DNA from: Chiloscyllium plagiosum
Lineage: Eukaryota
Reading direction: 5' to 3'
Length of the DNA: 43,777 bases
Assembly: GCF_004010195.1 (NCBI RefSeq)
Contig: NC_057753.1
Location: forward strand, 6,681,378 to 6,725,154
The number at the start of each line of letters is the position of its first letter. Positions within the stretch are counted from its first letter, which is position 1. Below are positions 11,677-24,089 of this stretch, piece after piece. The notes beneath the pieces are model-generated. The model had not been told where the DNA came from and ran no database searches. It saw only the letters and a program-made list of their open reading frames with translations. The position numbers were made by a program, and so were the translations under genes.

Positions 11677-12279
11677 GCACCACCAAATATTATGCACACC
11701 TCCAGACCTCAGCATAAAGCAGCAGACATAATCCCCTCACTCTTCTATACAATATGATGAACATTCTCCAACCAGACACAGGTGTCAAGCAATGAAGATT
11801 ACCTGTTTGATCCAAACAAGGAGAGTTATCGCCAGAGAATTGTGAGGTATTCTAATGGATTCCGACTGTGATAGTGTGACATTCCAAACCTGAATAATAT
11901 TTTAGAGATCTGTTTGGAAAACCTGGTTGTAAATTAATTTGACCCCCATACACGCTAAAATCAGAATCACGTTTCACCAGGCATACAACGTTCAAGGTAT
12001 CTTACCGTATCTGCATCGGTCAGGAGGTGACGTGCAGTACTCGCCAGCCAGTGAAGCCAGATTCCTGTCGAACATTGCAGAGCAGAGATTTGAAAAGAAC
12101 AGACTGAGGTCAAGAGGGACGAGAAGCCTGAGAGCAATAGCGTCGGCGTCGATACAGGGTGAGCACCTTTAGATTAAAAATGAAGCTTCCAATTCCTTTC
12201 TCCAATGATTGGACCAATAGGTCTAATCATTCTTCATTCTTCTGTCAACCAATAGGTATCAATGTCGAGAATCTTTCCT

Positions 12280-12760
12280 TCATCCTGTGCTGTTACCTGC
12301 ACTGCCCCGAAATCATGCTTATAATATGGTGACCAAAACTATACACTGTGCTCTGACACTTGTCTAAGCAATGCTCGATACAGGGTCAGCATCACTTCCC
12401 TATGTGAATCTTTAATTGTTCTAGTATTTGAGTTTCGAGTTTCCTTTATGCATCTGCCTTAGCGTGACTCTCAGCTTTGCTTGTCAGTTATAGCAAACTG
12501 GTTTAATATTTCCTCGGTTTGTCCTGCCATTTAACTAGTGCATGAATTACATCAGCTACCGCTCTGTCTTCTAACACGACACCTTTATGATTGTCTGAAT
12601 ATCTGCTGCAAAATCTCCGATATCTCTTCCCCGGGTGCAACTTATTCGGATTAAGTTTGATGATACTATTTATCAATACCCCTTTGTCCATTTTAGATAT
12701 ACTGACCTCATGCCTCATTTCATCAATGTCATGTCTACCTCTTCGAACTCTCTGGAAAGT
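12280..12760 (-). mobile_element. Decayed, internally deleted CR1 ORF2 fragments
   Basis: KLNPNK/LHP..VVLEDRAVADVIHAL..QDKPRKY corresponds to CR1 LKVDKSPGPD.LHP..VPEDWR.ANV.PLFKKG..DKP.NY; an RT C-terminal piece lies at ~12310-12430. Confidence 0.6.
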
Positions 12761-13719
12761 AACAATTCGGGAGACGCATCTGCTGCCATCAGAACCAGGT
12801 ATGACTTGAAGGATAGCAGTTGGTGTGGGTTGTTGTTTTCAGTGTTAGTACCCGTTGGCAAGCTGTTGTAGGGTCCGTCTCCCAATGTTGGAGCACGCCC
12901 GAATTAATGTATTCCCCTTTGCTTGATAAGGACCCACATATTCGCGAAATTAATCTTGTTTCTAGAGGTAGTGAACAGTGGAATCTTTCAAACACTGAGT
13001 TCTGAAATTTAGAACAAAGATTAATTTAGTCAGAAATGGCGCTTTTCAAAAGGGACGATGCAGACGCATAAATCAGGATCGTCTCCAGCAAATTAAACTC
13101 TGGTTAGTGCAGTGTTGTTAACATCAGGAAAAAGGGAGCAAACCGAAATCCTCAAACGAGCAATTCTGGGCCTACTTAACTGCAGCAATAATAGTAAAAA
13201 CCTCCAACCATTGCAATTATTCATGAATCTGTTGGTAAGGTAAAAAAAAGACTTTTGAAACAGAGACACAACAAAACATTAAATGTTGTTCAGAGTAAGA
13301 GTGTGATTTCACAAATGAGGATCGAGATAGCTCAAGTGAACTGTGCAGATAGACTGAAGGAAGACACTCAGCAAGGAATAGTAGATACTGAAGGAAGAAT
13401 ACACGGCTCTCAGCAAAAGAGAAACCCAGTTATAAGGAAATATTTTAATACAGGATAAATTAACCATGGTTCGAAGAAATGTACGTACAGTATGAAGCTG
13501 AAACAAAATTGGAAACAAAAGTAAGTGAAAGCCTTATAAATCAGGATTACGTAAGAATTAAGCAGATAACCAAACTTATAATGCAGATGGAGAAAATAAC
13601 TTCCCAGGGCACCCAAGCAAGGCACAAAAATAACGACATTTAGATTTTCTTTGCACGTATAAAAGGGATGAGAGAAAAAAAGTGAACATACAAGAATCCA
13701 ACCAGCCACAACACCAACA

Positions 13720-15135
13720 CAATCCCCTCCTCCCATGAATCAATGAGAGATTTACAAGAATCAAAGAAATGTCATATGATTGGAACAATTATTTTGTATC
13801 AGTCTTTCCTCTGGAAGATAGAGCGAACATCTGATGAATATAAGTAATACAGGTGAAGAAGTAAATAACATCACCATAACTACAGAAATTGTATTAGATA
13901 AAATTGTGGTGCGCAAAGCTGCTAAATCCTCTAGCCCTTGATTTTGCATCTTCGGATCCTAAAATAGGTTTGCTGGAGTAGCAGTGGGTGCACTAATTGC
14001 AATTTTCAAAAATTTCTTGCATTCTGGAAAAGTAACCGAGCATTGGAATATTGTCGTTGAGACATACTCATTAATAAGCGAGAAAGGCGAAGAGTTGATC
14101 ATTATAGTCTGATTAGGCTAACATCTGGTTTTGAAAAAAAAAGGCCAGCAATTGTTAATGAGTATGCAAAGCATATCTGTAAAATCAAAATCTAACTAAG
14201 CAGACACAACATGATGTCATGAAAGAGAACTCGTGGCTGACAAATTTATGAGCTTTTAGAAATAATTCCTAAGCAGAGGCTAGAAGGGGTTCCAGAAATA
14301 TGACGCAGTTATTCTTTCTGAAGGCATTGATAAGTTCCAACGATAATGTTATCCCACGAGTATCAAAAGAATTAGAAATTGTACAAAACCCTGAAAAGAG
14401 AATTGGCAAATAGGCAGGAAAAATCCAGTGAGGAGAAAGAGTCGGCAACCGGTGACATGTTAGGTTCCATAAGGGTCTGCGCAGGGATCACAACTGTTCA
14501 AATATATATTAATAACTTGGAGGATGGGAGTGGATATATTTTAGTCAAGTTTGCAGCTGACATTGAAATCGGTTCAAAGGCAAGTTGCGAAGTGGGTGAA
14601 CGCAGAACATACAGATTAATTGATAAATCAAGTTGATAAAAAGTGGTAAATGTCTTAAAAAGAGGAAAAAATATGTTCAGTTTGGAAGAGAGAACGAAAG
14701 AACCGAGTACTATTCTTGCAACAAAAAGATTTGCCATGTACGTGCAAGAAACCCAGAAAGACAGTGTGCTAGTGCAGCTCACAGTCAGGAATTCTGATAG
14801 AAAGTTGGCATTTCTTAAAGGGATTTGGAGGAAAAGAGTAGGAAAGTTTTTCTCTGAACTGTACCATGTGCTTTGCACATCAGGTCTGGAGTAATGTGAG
14901 CAGCTTTGATCAGTTTATTAAAGATAATGTGTTACTCAACAGCAGTCAGGGCAGTGTCCAAATGTACATTTAATGATGGGATATACCTTTTTGATTATTC
15001 GGGAACATCAAGGATTATGCGGGATGAGCAGAAAAGTGGGCCTGAGGAAATTCAGATGACACATGATCCTATTAAATGGCAAATCAGGATTACGTGCCTG
15101 AGTGGCTTATCCGTCATTCTGTTTGTCATCTACTT
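13720..15135 (+). mobile_element. Old CR1 LINE, ORF2 (RT) to 3' end
   Basis: NNYFVSVF, EIVLDKIVVRKAAKSSSP, SGKVTEHWNI, IYINNLEDGSGYILVKFAADIEIG (FADD motif decayed), then CR1 3' UTR. Confidence 0.8.
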
Positions 15136-15534
15136 GTGATCCTCTGGAAATGGTCTATCAAATCACTCAGATTCACTACAATGAGAGGTGGATTACAAAT
15201 GTTGAATCTATCAGTTATGCCAACATCATATCAATAAAAGAAAGACAAAATAGCAATTGCATGAAGATGGCTGGAAGTAGCTTATACGAAAAGAAAGTTA
15301 AACAAAAGGAACCCTCTGTTTATTGGTTCTGCACGATCTTCTCACAGAAACTTAGGTTCTACTTCGAAAGTTAAATCCTTCGTGGTGGCTAGCTAATTTC
15401 CGAATCCTCGTTTCGACTGACAAACCCTACATTGTGAGAAAAGGCTATTCAACACTTCAAGTCTGTATTAACCCTGCGAAAAGCATTCCATTCTGCGAGT
15501 GCTCCAGATAGCCAACACATCCCTAGAAACTGGA

Positions 15535-15703
15535 TGGAATTTTAGTATGGCTAATTTATCTAACCTGCACATCATTGGACAATGTTAGGGCACCCAGCTG
15601 ACATGGCAAAAACATACTCTTCACAGTCACCAAGTATGAGAATTGATGTCGGATTCCTGGCACTGTTATGCACTTGTGCTGATAGCTAAGCTACCATGCT
15701 GCC
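15535..15703 (-). mobile_element. tRNA-derived SINE (HE1/V-SINE type), decayed
   Basis: Minus strand begins GGCAGCATGGTAGCTTAGC (A-box-like), then GTGCCAGGAATCCCG; V-domain-like TCCAATGATGTGCAGGTTAG. Confidence 0.7.
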
Positions 15704-16099
15704 ACGTCTCGCAAAACCATGTTGTCACATGGCTACTATTTTAATTTCTGCAGTTGGATGTTCCACCTTTAACACACATGAATTATGACATTAGATATTC
15801 ACAACAATTGAACATGTGATATTTGTCAAACTAACTTAATTCCTTATAAATTGACAATGTAAACCATATAATAGTGCTACCAAAATCGATGAATTGATAA
15901 CTGACTATCTCATCAGAGCGAAACATGTCAGGTGGGCATCAAGTCATGTACAAAGAGAGAGATGGAGGTAGAGAATGAAGGATACACCAAGCTCAGTGGC
16001 AGTTTGCAATGATTGAGAAAGCAATTCACAAAAGTAGTGTTAGTGCAGCAATGCAGGACAGGTTATACTTCTTGTCGTCTACAGAAACGACAGCATCAC

Positions 16100-16745
16100 A
16101 GTTGTAGAAATCGAAAGGGCATTTAAAGACCTTTCAGTCCATCGAGTCTACAACAGTCACAAAAAAATTAACTATTCTAATCCCTAGTTCTTGCACTTTT
16201 AAAGGCACATAGCTTAAATAGGATCACACGCAATCATTTAAACTCTTATTTAATTTTATAAGGCATTCTGCCTCTACCATCCTTATAGTAAGTGATTCCA
16301 GATTCCTTTAATTGCCTGGGTGAAAACAATACTTACAAGTCATCTAAACCTTCTTCTAGTGCCTGAAATATATGTTCCCTGTCTATTGATGTCGTCATTA
16401 AGGGGGAAACTTTTTTTTGCTGCTGACAGTGTTCATCACTTATAATTTAATGCACCTCAATCATGCCCCCCTCACAGTCCGCTACTCCAAGGAAAGCACG
16501 GGTAGTCTCTCCAATTATCTTCACAAAAAAAATCTCTCCATCTTAAGCGATATCCTAGTAAATCTCCACAACACTAACTCCAGTAAAAAAACACATCTGT
16601 CCTCTGGTATGATTCCAAAACTGCTCAAAATGCTCCAGTTATGGTCGACTCATGGTTATACACAGTTACTACATTACAGCTGGTCGTAATCTTCAGTGCT
16701 CCGTTAACAAACACATACACCCAGTATGCATCCTTAACCATTTGA
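16100..16745 (-). mobile_element. CR1 3' fragment
   Basis: GCCTCTACCATCCTT..AGTGATTCCAGATTCC..CTGGGTGAAAA and CACCTCAATCATG..TACTCCAAGGAAA..ATCCTAGTAAATCTCC match antisense CR1 ORF2 C-terminus and UTR. Confidence 0.7.
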
Positions 16746-17047
16746 ATACACTTTAGCACCAATCACATGTCTTCTTGTAAAGCAGCATGCCTGAGAGAGC
16801 CGTTTATTTATTTGTTGCAAACACTTCTGTAAATTTGTCAGTCCTAAAAGTCAACTTCTATTTAATATCAAAATATGTTCAATCATAAAATTATTACACA
16901 AATATTAGAAACAAATATCAACTATTGAATGTTGACTTTGAATAAAATAAATAATGTTGGAAGACTGTGATACAGCCGTAAAATTCACAATTTGTGATTT
17001 TAATATTTTATTCTGCATGCTATTTATATTAATCAGATAGGTGGCCG

Positions 17048-17221
17048 ATGACGTCATAGATCACTTACAGGACAATTCATCGAACTGATCTTTCTGGCCT
17101 ATCAGATCTGTAAATGAGGCAGGATCAGTTAATGTTACTAACATAAAAATCACAGGTAGCTGTGATTACGTCATGAGCGAATATCAATTTAAATTTGTGA
17201 GAGACATCATTGGCTATAAAA
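17048..17221 (+). promoter_or_regulatory. Candidate Pol II promoter/enhancer motif cluster
   Basis: ATGACGTCAT (CRE, 17048-17057), ATTACGTCAT (17165-17174), ATTGG (17209-17213), TATAAAA (17215-17221). No downstream gene identified. Confidence 0.3.
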
Positions 17222-17269
17222 TCACTTTTGACCTTTAAACGTCAACAAATATGAGGGAATAAAAAGATT

Positions 17270-17372
17270 GCTCCAATGAAGGGTTTGTAGACTCGAAAAG
17301 CTAACTCGTTTTTTTTTCTCCATAGATGGGGCCTGACTTGATTTTTTTTCCCATAGCAATTTTGATTTTGTC
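17270..17372 (+). mobile_element. Decayed Penelope pLTR remnant
   Basis: TCCAATGAAGGGTTTGTAGACTCGAAAAGCTAACTC..TCTCCATAGATG..CCTGACTTG..AGCAATTTTG resembles a hammerhead-bearing pLTR; core degenerate. Confidence 0.5.
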
Positions 17373-17729
17373 TTACAAAGAAGGTGCTGGCTTACGTAAA
17401 CAAGGTATGACAGTAGAGATGCAGTTATAAAAGAAATTAACAATTGCTGAAAGGAGACTTGAACTTGAAAGTTTTCAACTTGAACTCATAAGAACTCGGA
17501 GACAAGGTGCAGTTTTGAACAAACAGAAACAGTTTTACATTGCATTACAAGGGATTGCTGATTATCTGGGTTATTATTGACAGGGAGTTTCAGCAAACAA
17601 TGCGACCTGTTATGCTTAATTCTCTGACCAGGCAGGTAGATTTGGTCTGGCGTTAATAGAACAACAAAACTACATCTCGTTAAGTACAATCATGGAATGA
17701 TAACTGTTTGCGTGTTAAGAGAACACTGG

Positions 17730-18720
17730 TGTGAAAATAGATAAGTCCTGCATTGGATTTATCCTCGGATTCTCTGGGAAGCCAGGGAGTAGATTGCAGA
17801 GACTTTGGCTTTCATTTTTACGTCCTCATTGGCTATAGGAACAGTGCCAGAGGACTGTAGGATATCAAACCTTGTCCCATTGTTCTAGAAGGATAGCGTT
17901 GACAACACTGCTAATTGTGGACTATGAGCCTAATTTCGGTTGTCGGTACATTCTTGGAAAGGATTACAAGAGATAGGATTTGTAATAATCGAGAAAAAAA
18001 TAATTTGGTTATGCATAGTCGACATAGCTTGTGTAGGATCGGTCGTGTCGCACATACCTTATGGAGTTCTTTGAGAAAGTGACCAAACAGGTGGATGAGG
18101 TTAAAGCAGTTGATGTGAAGTATATGGATTTACGTAGGTTATTGGATCAGGATCACCATGGTGGGCTATTGCAGAATACAAGAAGGCATGGGTTTGAGGG
18201 TGATTTGGCGATTTGGATCAGAAATTGGCTAGATGAATGAAGACAGAAGCTGATGGCATATTGGGAATGTTCATCCTGGAGTTCAGTTACTCGTGGTGTA
18301 AAGCAAGTTATCTGTTTAGGGAACACTGAGGTTTGTCATTTTTTAAAAATGACCTGGATGAGAGCGGAGAAGAATGGGTTAGTAACTTTGAGGATGTCGC
18401 AATGGTGGGGGGCAGTTGTGGATAGTAACGAAACATTTTGCAGGCTACAGAGGGACTTGCATAAGCTGCAGAGCTGGGCTGAGTGGTGGCAATGGAGCTT
18501 AATGCGGAAACGTGCTTTAAATGAGAGGTGACAGGTATTGGAAAGATGTCAGAGGTAGTTTCTTTACTCTCGGAGTAGTTCGGTGTGGAGCGCCCTGCCT
18601 GCTATAGTAGTAGACTCTTCCACGATAATGACATTTAATTGGTATTTGGAAAAACATATTAATGAAAATTGAATAGTGTAAGTTAGATGGGCTTCAAATT
18701 GGTTTCATATGTTGGCTCTG
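17730..18720 (+). mobile_element. CR1 LINE RT fragment with internal deletion, plus 3' end
   Basis: YPRILWEARE, GTVPEDCRISNLVPLF, LMEFFEKVTKQVDEVKAVDVKYMD, WIRNWL, RLQRDLHKLQSWAEWWQ; jumps to the 3' end near 18515. Confidence 0.88.
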
Positions 18721-19039
18721 GAATACTTATCAGCACAATGTTTGTGAGCAAACCATTGCAGAAAATGGAGAAAAACCAAAAAACTTCAAAGGAATGGAGA
18801 AATTGCTAATTGAGGAACAATGCTTACAGATCCTGTATTTGGATTAGTTTTGAAAATGAATTGGAAGCAAACGCAGTCAAAAGTAAAATATCGAAATGAC
18901 AGAGACAGGTTGTACAGGTAGAAGTTCAAGTAGCAGAGAATGCATTTAGAATCAAGAAACAAACCCTTATGCCTCTCAGAGACGGCTTTGCAACGTGTGA
19001 TTCTGAAAGGATCTATAGTATCCGATAGCAATGCGACGA

Positions 19040-19170
19040 AAGAGAGAAAAGGAGAAAGAGAAGAATAAAGAAAGAACGAAAGAAAGATGGAAGGTCAGAA
19101 AGAAAAATCGAAAGAGGAGGAAGGGAAGAAAGAAAGGTAGAAAGGAAGAAAGAGAGAGAGAAAGAAAGAC

Positions 19171-19233
<63 letters not shown>

Positions 19234-19335
19234 ATGAATGAAAGGATTAAAGAAAGAAAGATTGAAAAAGACAGAAGAAAGAAAGATAGGGAGGGAGGGA
19301 GGAAGGAAGGAAAGAAAGCAGGATGGAAGAAATAA
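19040..19335. repeat. (AAAG)n microsatellite within a polypurine tract
   Basis: Perfect AAAG run at ~19172-19232 with degenerate purine-rich flanks. Confidence 0.95.
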
Positions 19336-19657
19336 ACAATGATAAATTGAATGAAAGGAAGAACAAATCAACGCAGAGAAAGTGTCAACTGAAAGAAAAG
19401 AGTTGACCTCAGAAAACAAATCAAGTTACAAACGAGGATTGAAAATTAGCCCATGATCCCAATAAACACTTCCTTTCGGGGTTTTTTTTTTGTAAATAGT
19501 TGATTTCCAAAACTATTTGATCTCAGAGCTTAACAGCAGTGATTTATCATCCCTTGAGTGATGGATCATCAATTCATAACTTTCAAATTAAAGTAAAAAT
19601 AGAACGTTTTCAACCATTCCGATTATTGAGATACAAAATGAGATTTTTGCGTTCTTT

Positions 19658-20559
19658 TTAGCGTCTAAAACATCCAGTGAGGATGGTGAAATGACACATC
19701 AACAGCTTCTTCAGATCTTCTTGGAACTTGGTTTGGGATACTGCATAGATGAAGACATTGTTGCAGGAACTGAGCAACTGAAACATGTTCGTCACCTCTT
19801 GAAAGATAAAGTCTGGATTCTTGAAATCCAGGCCAGTGAAGTAGCCCTTACCAGTAATACGCACATAGAGGAAATGTGCTACATAGGTTACCCAGAGGAG
19901 GAGAAAGCTCATTGAAATAGTGAATAGCAGGACAACGGACCTTCTGCGGTTTGCACTCTCAAGATCTGCACAATTGTCATTACCTCGCAGCCTTCTCCGG
20001 GCTCTGCTGGCAGTTTGGATGGCTCTTATGGTCAGAACGTTGAGTAGCAAAATGAGGAAGAATGGTAGAACAGGAGTTAAAATGTGGTCCATCCAGTCAT
20101 AGGCCTGCCATACAGGCGATGTGTAATAGGCAGACTTGATATCACAGAACCAGGGAGTTCCATCCAAGGTATACAATGGTTTGTAGGTGAAGCAGAAAGG
20201 GACATTCTTGATGCAACTCATGACAGTAACGCCTCCGATGACCAGCCACGCAGTTTTCTCAGTGCTGTACCTGGTCTTCAGTCTCTGACAGGAGATGGCA
20301 ATATAACGATCAATGGTGAACGCCACAGTCAGCCAGACTGACCCATCGCGACTAGCATAGATAAGCATGGTGCTGACCATACAGCCAGGAGTGGTGGAAA
20401 GAACACTGTCCCTGAAGTAAATGCCACCGATCCTATTGAGGATGACAGCGGTGATAATGACAATGAAATCATTCACTGCTATCATCACCAAATAGTAAGT
20501 AATACACCGTGAAAGTCCACACCGTCCTCGGGATAGGATTATGATCGCCATCAAGTTGG
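19658..20559 (-). CDS. Class A GPCR, GPR139/GPR142-like, coding exon 2
   Basis: Uninterrupted ORF with TM1 end through TM7; FTIDRYIAI (DRY), TPGC and WFC (TM3-ECL2 disulfide), HILTPVLPF, SCNNVFIY; acceptor TCTTTCCTTTTCACAG at 20560; stop TAA at 19658. Confidence 0.93.
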
Positions 20560-21224
20560 CTGTGAAAAGGAAAGATGACAGTTTAGGAGACAACTTGAAA
20601 GTCATCAATTGTGTCTAATTTCCTAGTTGAAGACTCTGATAGATGAAAAGCCCCAGCCTACTGTTTGACATCCACTATTGAATGAAAATTGACTTGCTAC
20701 AGAGGACATCTTCTCCGTCACAAGTTCTGCTCTCAGACACCAATTGTCTCTCCATCTCTGTACGTCATTTGAGAATTTAGGTGCTTTAGAATCTTGAAGA
20801 CCTTTTCACTTTGAGAAAATTTCCTGAGGTCTCTCCTCCTGATTTTGACTGTCATTACTGATACTGCACATATGCCCTCGTGTTTTGAACTTTGATCTTA
20901 TGCTCATGTCACTGTTAAGTATATGCTCAATACTAAAGGAATTGTCCCTTGAGTGGCACTTTCAATCCCAGTTGATCAGCCATCACCTGAATCATGACAC
21001 CCACTTGTCAAACAATACACCACTCACACGCCATCACATTATTGCTCGCAAGGACTTCCATGCACCGTCACCCCTCTGAACAAACAGTTAAATTAATTAT
21101 TTATATTATTACTGTTCCAATGATAATTTGCATTTAACATTCCTACTATGGTTCTCACGGGTCTCTAACGTCAACCAGCCTAGCTCAGTTCATATCTAGA
21201 ATTTCCTCTAAACTACTCACATAT

Positions 21225-22070
21225 GAACTTACAAGTGTTAAGTAGAACAAGACCATCAACTACCAAGAGCATGCTCCACAGTCTAAGAAGACAGACAGGA
21301 GGCTGGAAGAACACAGCAAGACAGGCAGCATCAGGAGGTGGAGATGTCGACGTTTCGGGTGTAACCCTTATTCATGATCCCTGAAACGTAAACGTCTCCA
21401 CTTCCTGATGTTTCCTGGTTTGCTGTGGTCTTCCGGACTACTGCATATCGACTTTGGATTCCAGCATCTTCAGTATTTTTGGTCTGTTTCACCCACCATC
21501 CAAGACGGGTGTGTTTCAGGTTTAATATTTCGATTTCCCACAGATAATTATTAATCTATTTGCCAGCCAAACCTTTATCCACCTTTATTTAAAATTGTGA
21601 ATGTATGCACAAAAGAAGCATTCATTCTCCACCACCTTACCAAGCTGATTTATGACATTATACAATTCGATTAAGTCATGCATCTTTGGCTTCACAGCTT
21701 CAGATTAAAGAAATTCAACATTTGCAATCTATTCTCGTGGATAAACCCATGGAAACCTTCTCTGAACTATCTGCATTTACTCCATTTCTTAAAGAAGGAA
21801 ACCAAAACTACACACTATAATTCAGATTTTGTCTGACTTCGTCTGTATTAATGATTCATAAGATCGCTAGTTTAAGTAGAATCTCTGTCATAATTAAGGA
21901 TAACATTCCATTAGCCTTCCTGATTATGGGCATCACAGAATACCTGAAGTTTTGCCACATGCAATAGAAAGTGTAAGTCACACTTTGCATAGAATCTCGA
22001 CAGTTGTTTTCTCATTAAGTAAAGCTCTGCCTTTTGCACATTTCTTCCAAAACTGAATAACTTACACGGT
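21225..22070 (-). mobile_element. Decayed intronic CR1 fragment interrupted by a pLTR palindrome
   Basis: CR1-like 3' end near 21225-21288; antisense RT C-terminal motifs GAAACCAAAACTACACAC and TAACATTCCATTAGCCTTCCTGATTA. Confidence 0.55.
21290..21485. mobile_element. Inverted pair of Penelope pLTR fragments (palindromic, MITE-like)
   Basis: 21290-21357 (GGAAGAACACAGCAAGACAGGCAGCATCAGGAGGTGGAGATGTCGACGTTTC) is the approximate reverse complement of 21381-21450 (GAAACGTAAACGTCTCCACTTCCTGATGTTTCCTGGTTTGCTGTGGTCTTCC). Confidence 0.85.
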
Positions 22071-22119
22071 TATGAATGTATTTAATGCGTTTGGAAGTAA
22101 GAGTGTATCTTTGTCAAAA

Positions 22120-22470
22120 TAAACTATAAAACTCTAATGCAACTAGATAGGATAAATACTGGAAGGGCGTTTTGAACATCAGTTTAGTCCAGAACTGCAG
22201 GCTTCAATACCACGAATTGGAGTAAAACATTTTGCTCTGAAATGAGAAGAAATATCATCACCCACAGAGTGAGTCTGTTGATTTCTCTCTAACAGAAAAC
22301 AGTCGCAATCGAAACATTGATTGATTTCAGGAAGGAGTTGGAACGAAATATATCAAAGGAAATAATATTAAAACTGGAGAAATGACAAGTGGGTGTCATG
22401 ATTCAATCGTCAACATGGAAGCAGACCAGTTTGTAAAGGTATAATGGCCGGGGTTTGCTCGCATTTACTT
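22120..22470 (+). mobile_element. CR1 3' fragment (intronic)
   Basis: CTAGATAGGATAAAT..AGTCCAGAACT..CTGAAATGAGAAGAAAT..CACCCACAGAGTG..TTCAGGAAGGAGTTG (LDRV..ESRTRG..EMRRNFFTQRV-like). Confidence 0.7.
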
Positions 22471-22499
22471 TGTAACCAGTTATGAAACACCTCTGCAGT

Positions 22500-22565
22500 A
22501 ATTCGAATTTGAACTCGGATCTCCTGGCTCAGAGGTAGGCCAAAATTTACAGCACTACAAGAGCC
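22500..22565 (-). mobile_element. tRNA-derived SINE head
   Basis: Minus strand GGCTCTTGTAGTGCTGT..CCTACCTCTGAGCCAGGAGATCCGAGTTCAAATTC with B-box GTTCAAATTC; no complete cloverleaf. Confidence 0.6.
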
Positions 22566-24089
22566 GTCAGATTAAGCATCTCTTCTCAACCTGGAAAAAA
22601 TAACACACGCAGTTTTGTGTTGAATTCGCCCAATTCCAACCACAAGACGACAGGGATGTTTAAATCTACCTGTATCCTCAGCAAACCGCTCATACCATCA
22701 AGATTAGAAAGTTCCTTGACTAGGTTCGTTCATCTGTAAGTTTCATGACATTACCTTCTCCGCCAGATCTAATTTACTGATGGAAATCAAAGTCTCATGC
22801 AGGAATTACTGTTCGAGACAAATACATAGTTATATGTAGTATGCGTTTCTGCCTATGAGATAATCATTATCCATGTTGAGATGCGAACATGCGCGTCATG
22901 GACTTTCATTTTCTGCAATACCCTTTTATGCAGCAACTTATTAAATGTCTCTGGAAATGCATATGCATCATGTCTAGGAGATCCGCCTTAACCACAGCAT
23001 GAATTATCTATTCAAAATGTATAAAAACGTTGTTAGAGATTGGTTAGGCAAATCTCCAACGTCCCCACATTACTGCGATTCTCCCATCTACTGCATGTTT
23101 GAGACACAAAAAAACGTTTCTGCGTAACGAAGTATCCACTTTCTTCTATTTCATTAAACTTTTGATAATCTTCCCAAATATCTCCTCCGTATATTTCTTC
23201 TTCATTGGGTCCCCCATGAACCATCGTCATCATGCATAATTCAATGGTTGATTTTAACAATATATTCAACAATTGTAGATACTTAACAATGGTCGATTTT
23301 AACAATAGATTCAACGTTTCCAAGTGAAAGGTGAAGACACACAAGAAATGTTTAGTTTGACAAAGCCAATCACATCTCCTTAGCGTTAAAGGAAGTCAAT
23401 TATTTATTATTAAAAAAAGAAAATATGGAGGTAAAATATAGCACAAGACGAGATAAATAACACATTAAAATCTTGCAAATATATTCAGCTGTATCAAACA
23501 TTTCTATTATTAATCTTGTGTTCGCATTGGCAATGAGGACTGCACAGTTAAAACTCACAATGCTGTGAGTAGAGTTGTCATATTGTAGATCCGTGTAATC
23601 ACTAAAAGCTTATTGATTTTTGACTGCATTTGAAAGAATTAGTTTACAGCGCTAATTAATTGAATCTCATTGTCAATAAAATTAGAGTTAATTCAACTGG
23701 ACTACACAGCCAGAACTCTATGTTTCATTGCAACATTATTGTTCCATGAAAAATAATATCATAAACCGTGCTTTCGAGGCATTAATTTAAATTTTGGGCT
23801 CAGAGATATCACTTCAATGTAATATTAATTATTGTTACTGTTACTTCAGCAAAGTAAAACTTTGTCACTGCTCATATGTTTCACATACTACATTAAATAA
23901 CATATTTAATTGTGCACAAAGGAAATGGAACAAATATGCTTGATATCACTGTAATCCAGCATAATTTTCGACTAACCAAGCTCTTTGTATTTAGTCACAG
24001 TTCAGGAAGGAATGGCCACATCCCAAAATAGAGGCTGTATTATGATGACTCGCAAAACAAGAAAATTTTAACTGATGTATAACACCTAC

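Noticed and set aside
18976..19419. Phe/Leu/Ser-rich and Lys/Glu/Arg-rich ORFs
   Set aside because: Translations of the (AAAG)n tract.
20560..20608. ORF-track N-terminus of the GPCR
   Set aside because: Non-ATG start, and it covers the polypyrimidine tract and AG acceptor; the upstream exon supplies a proper TM1.
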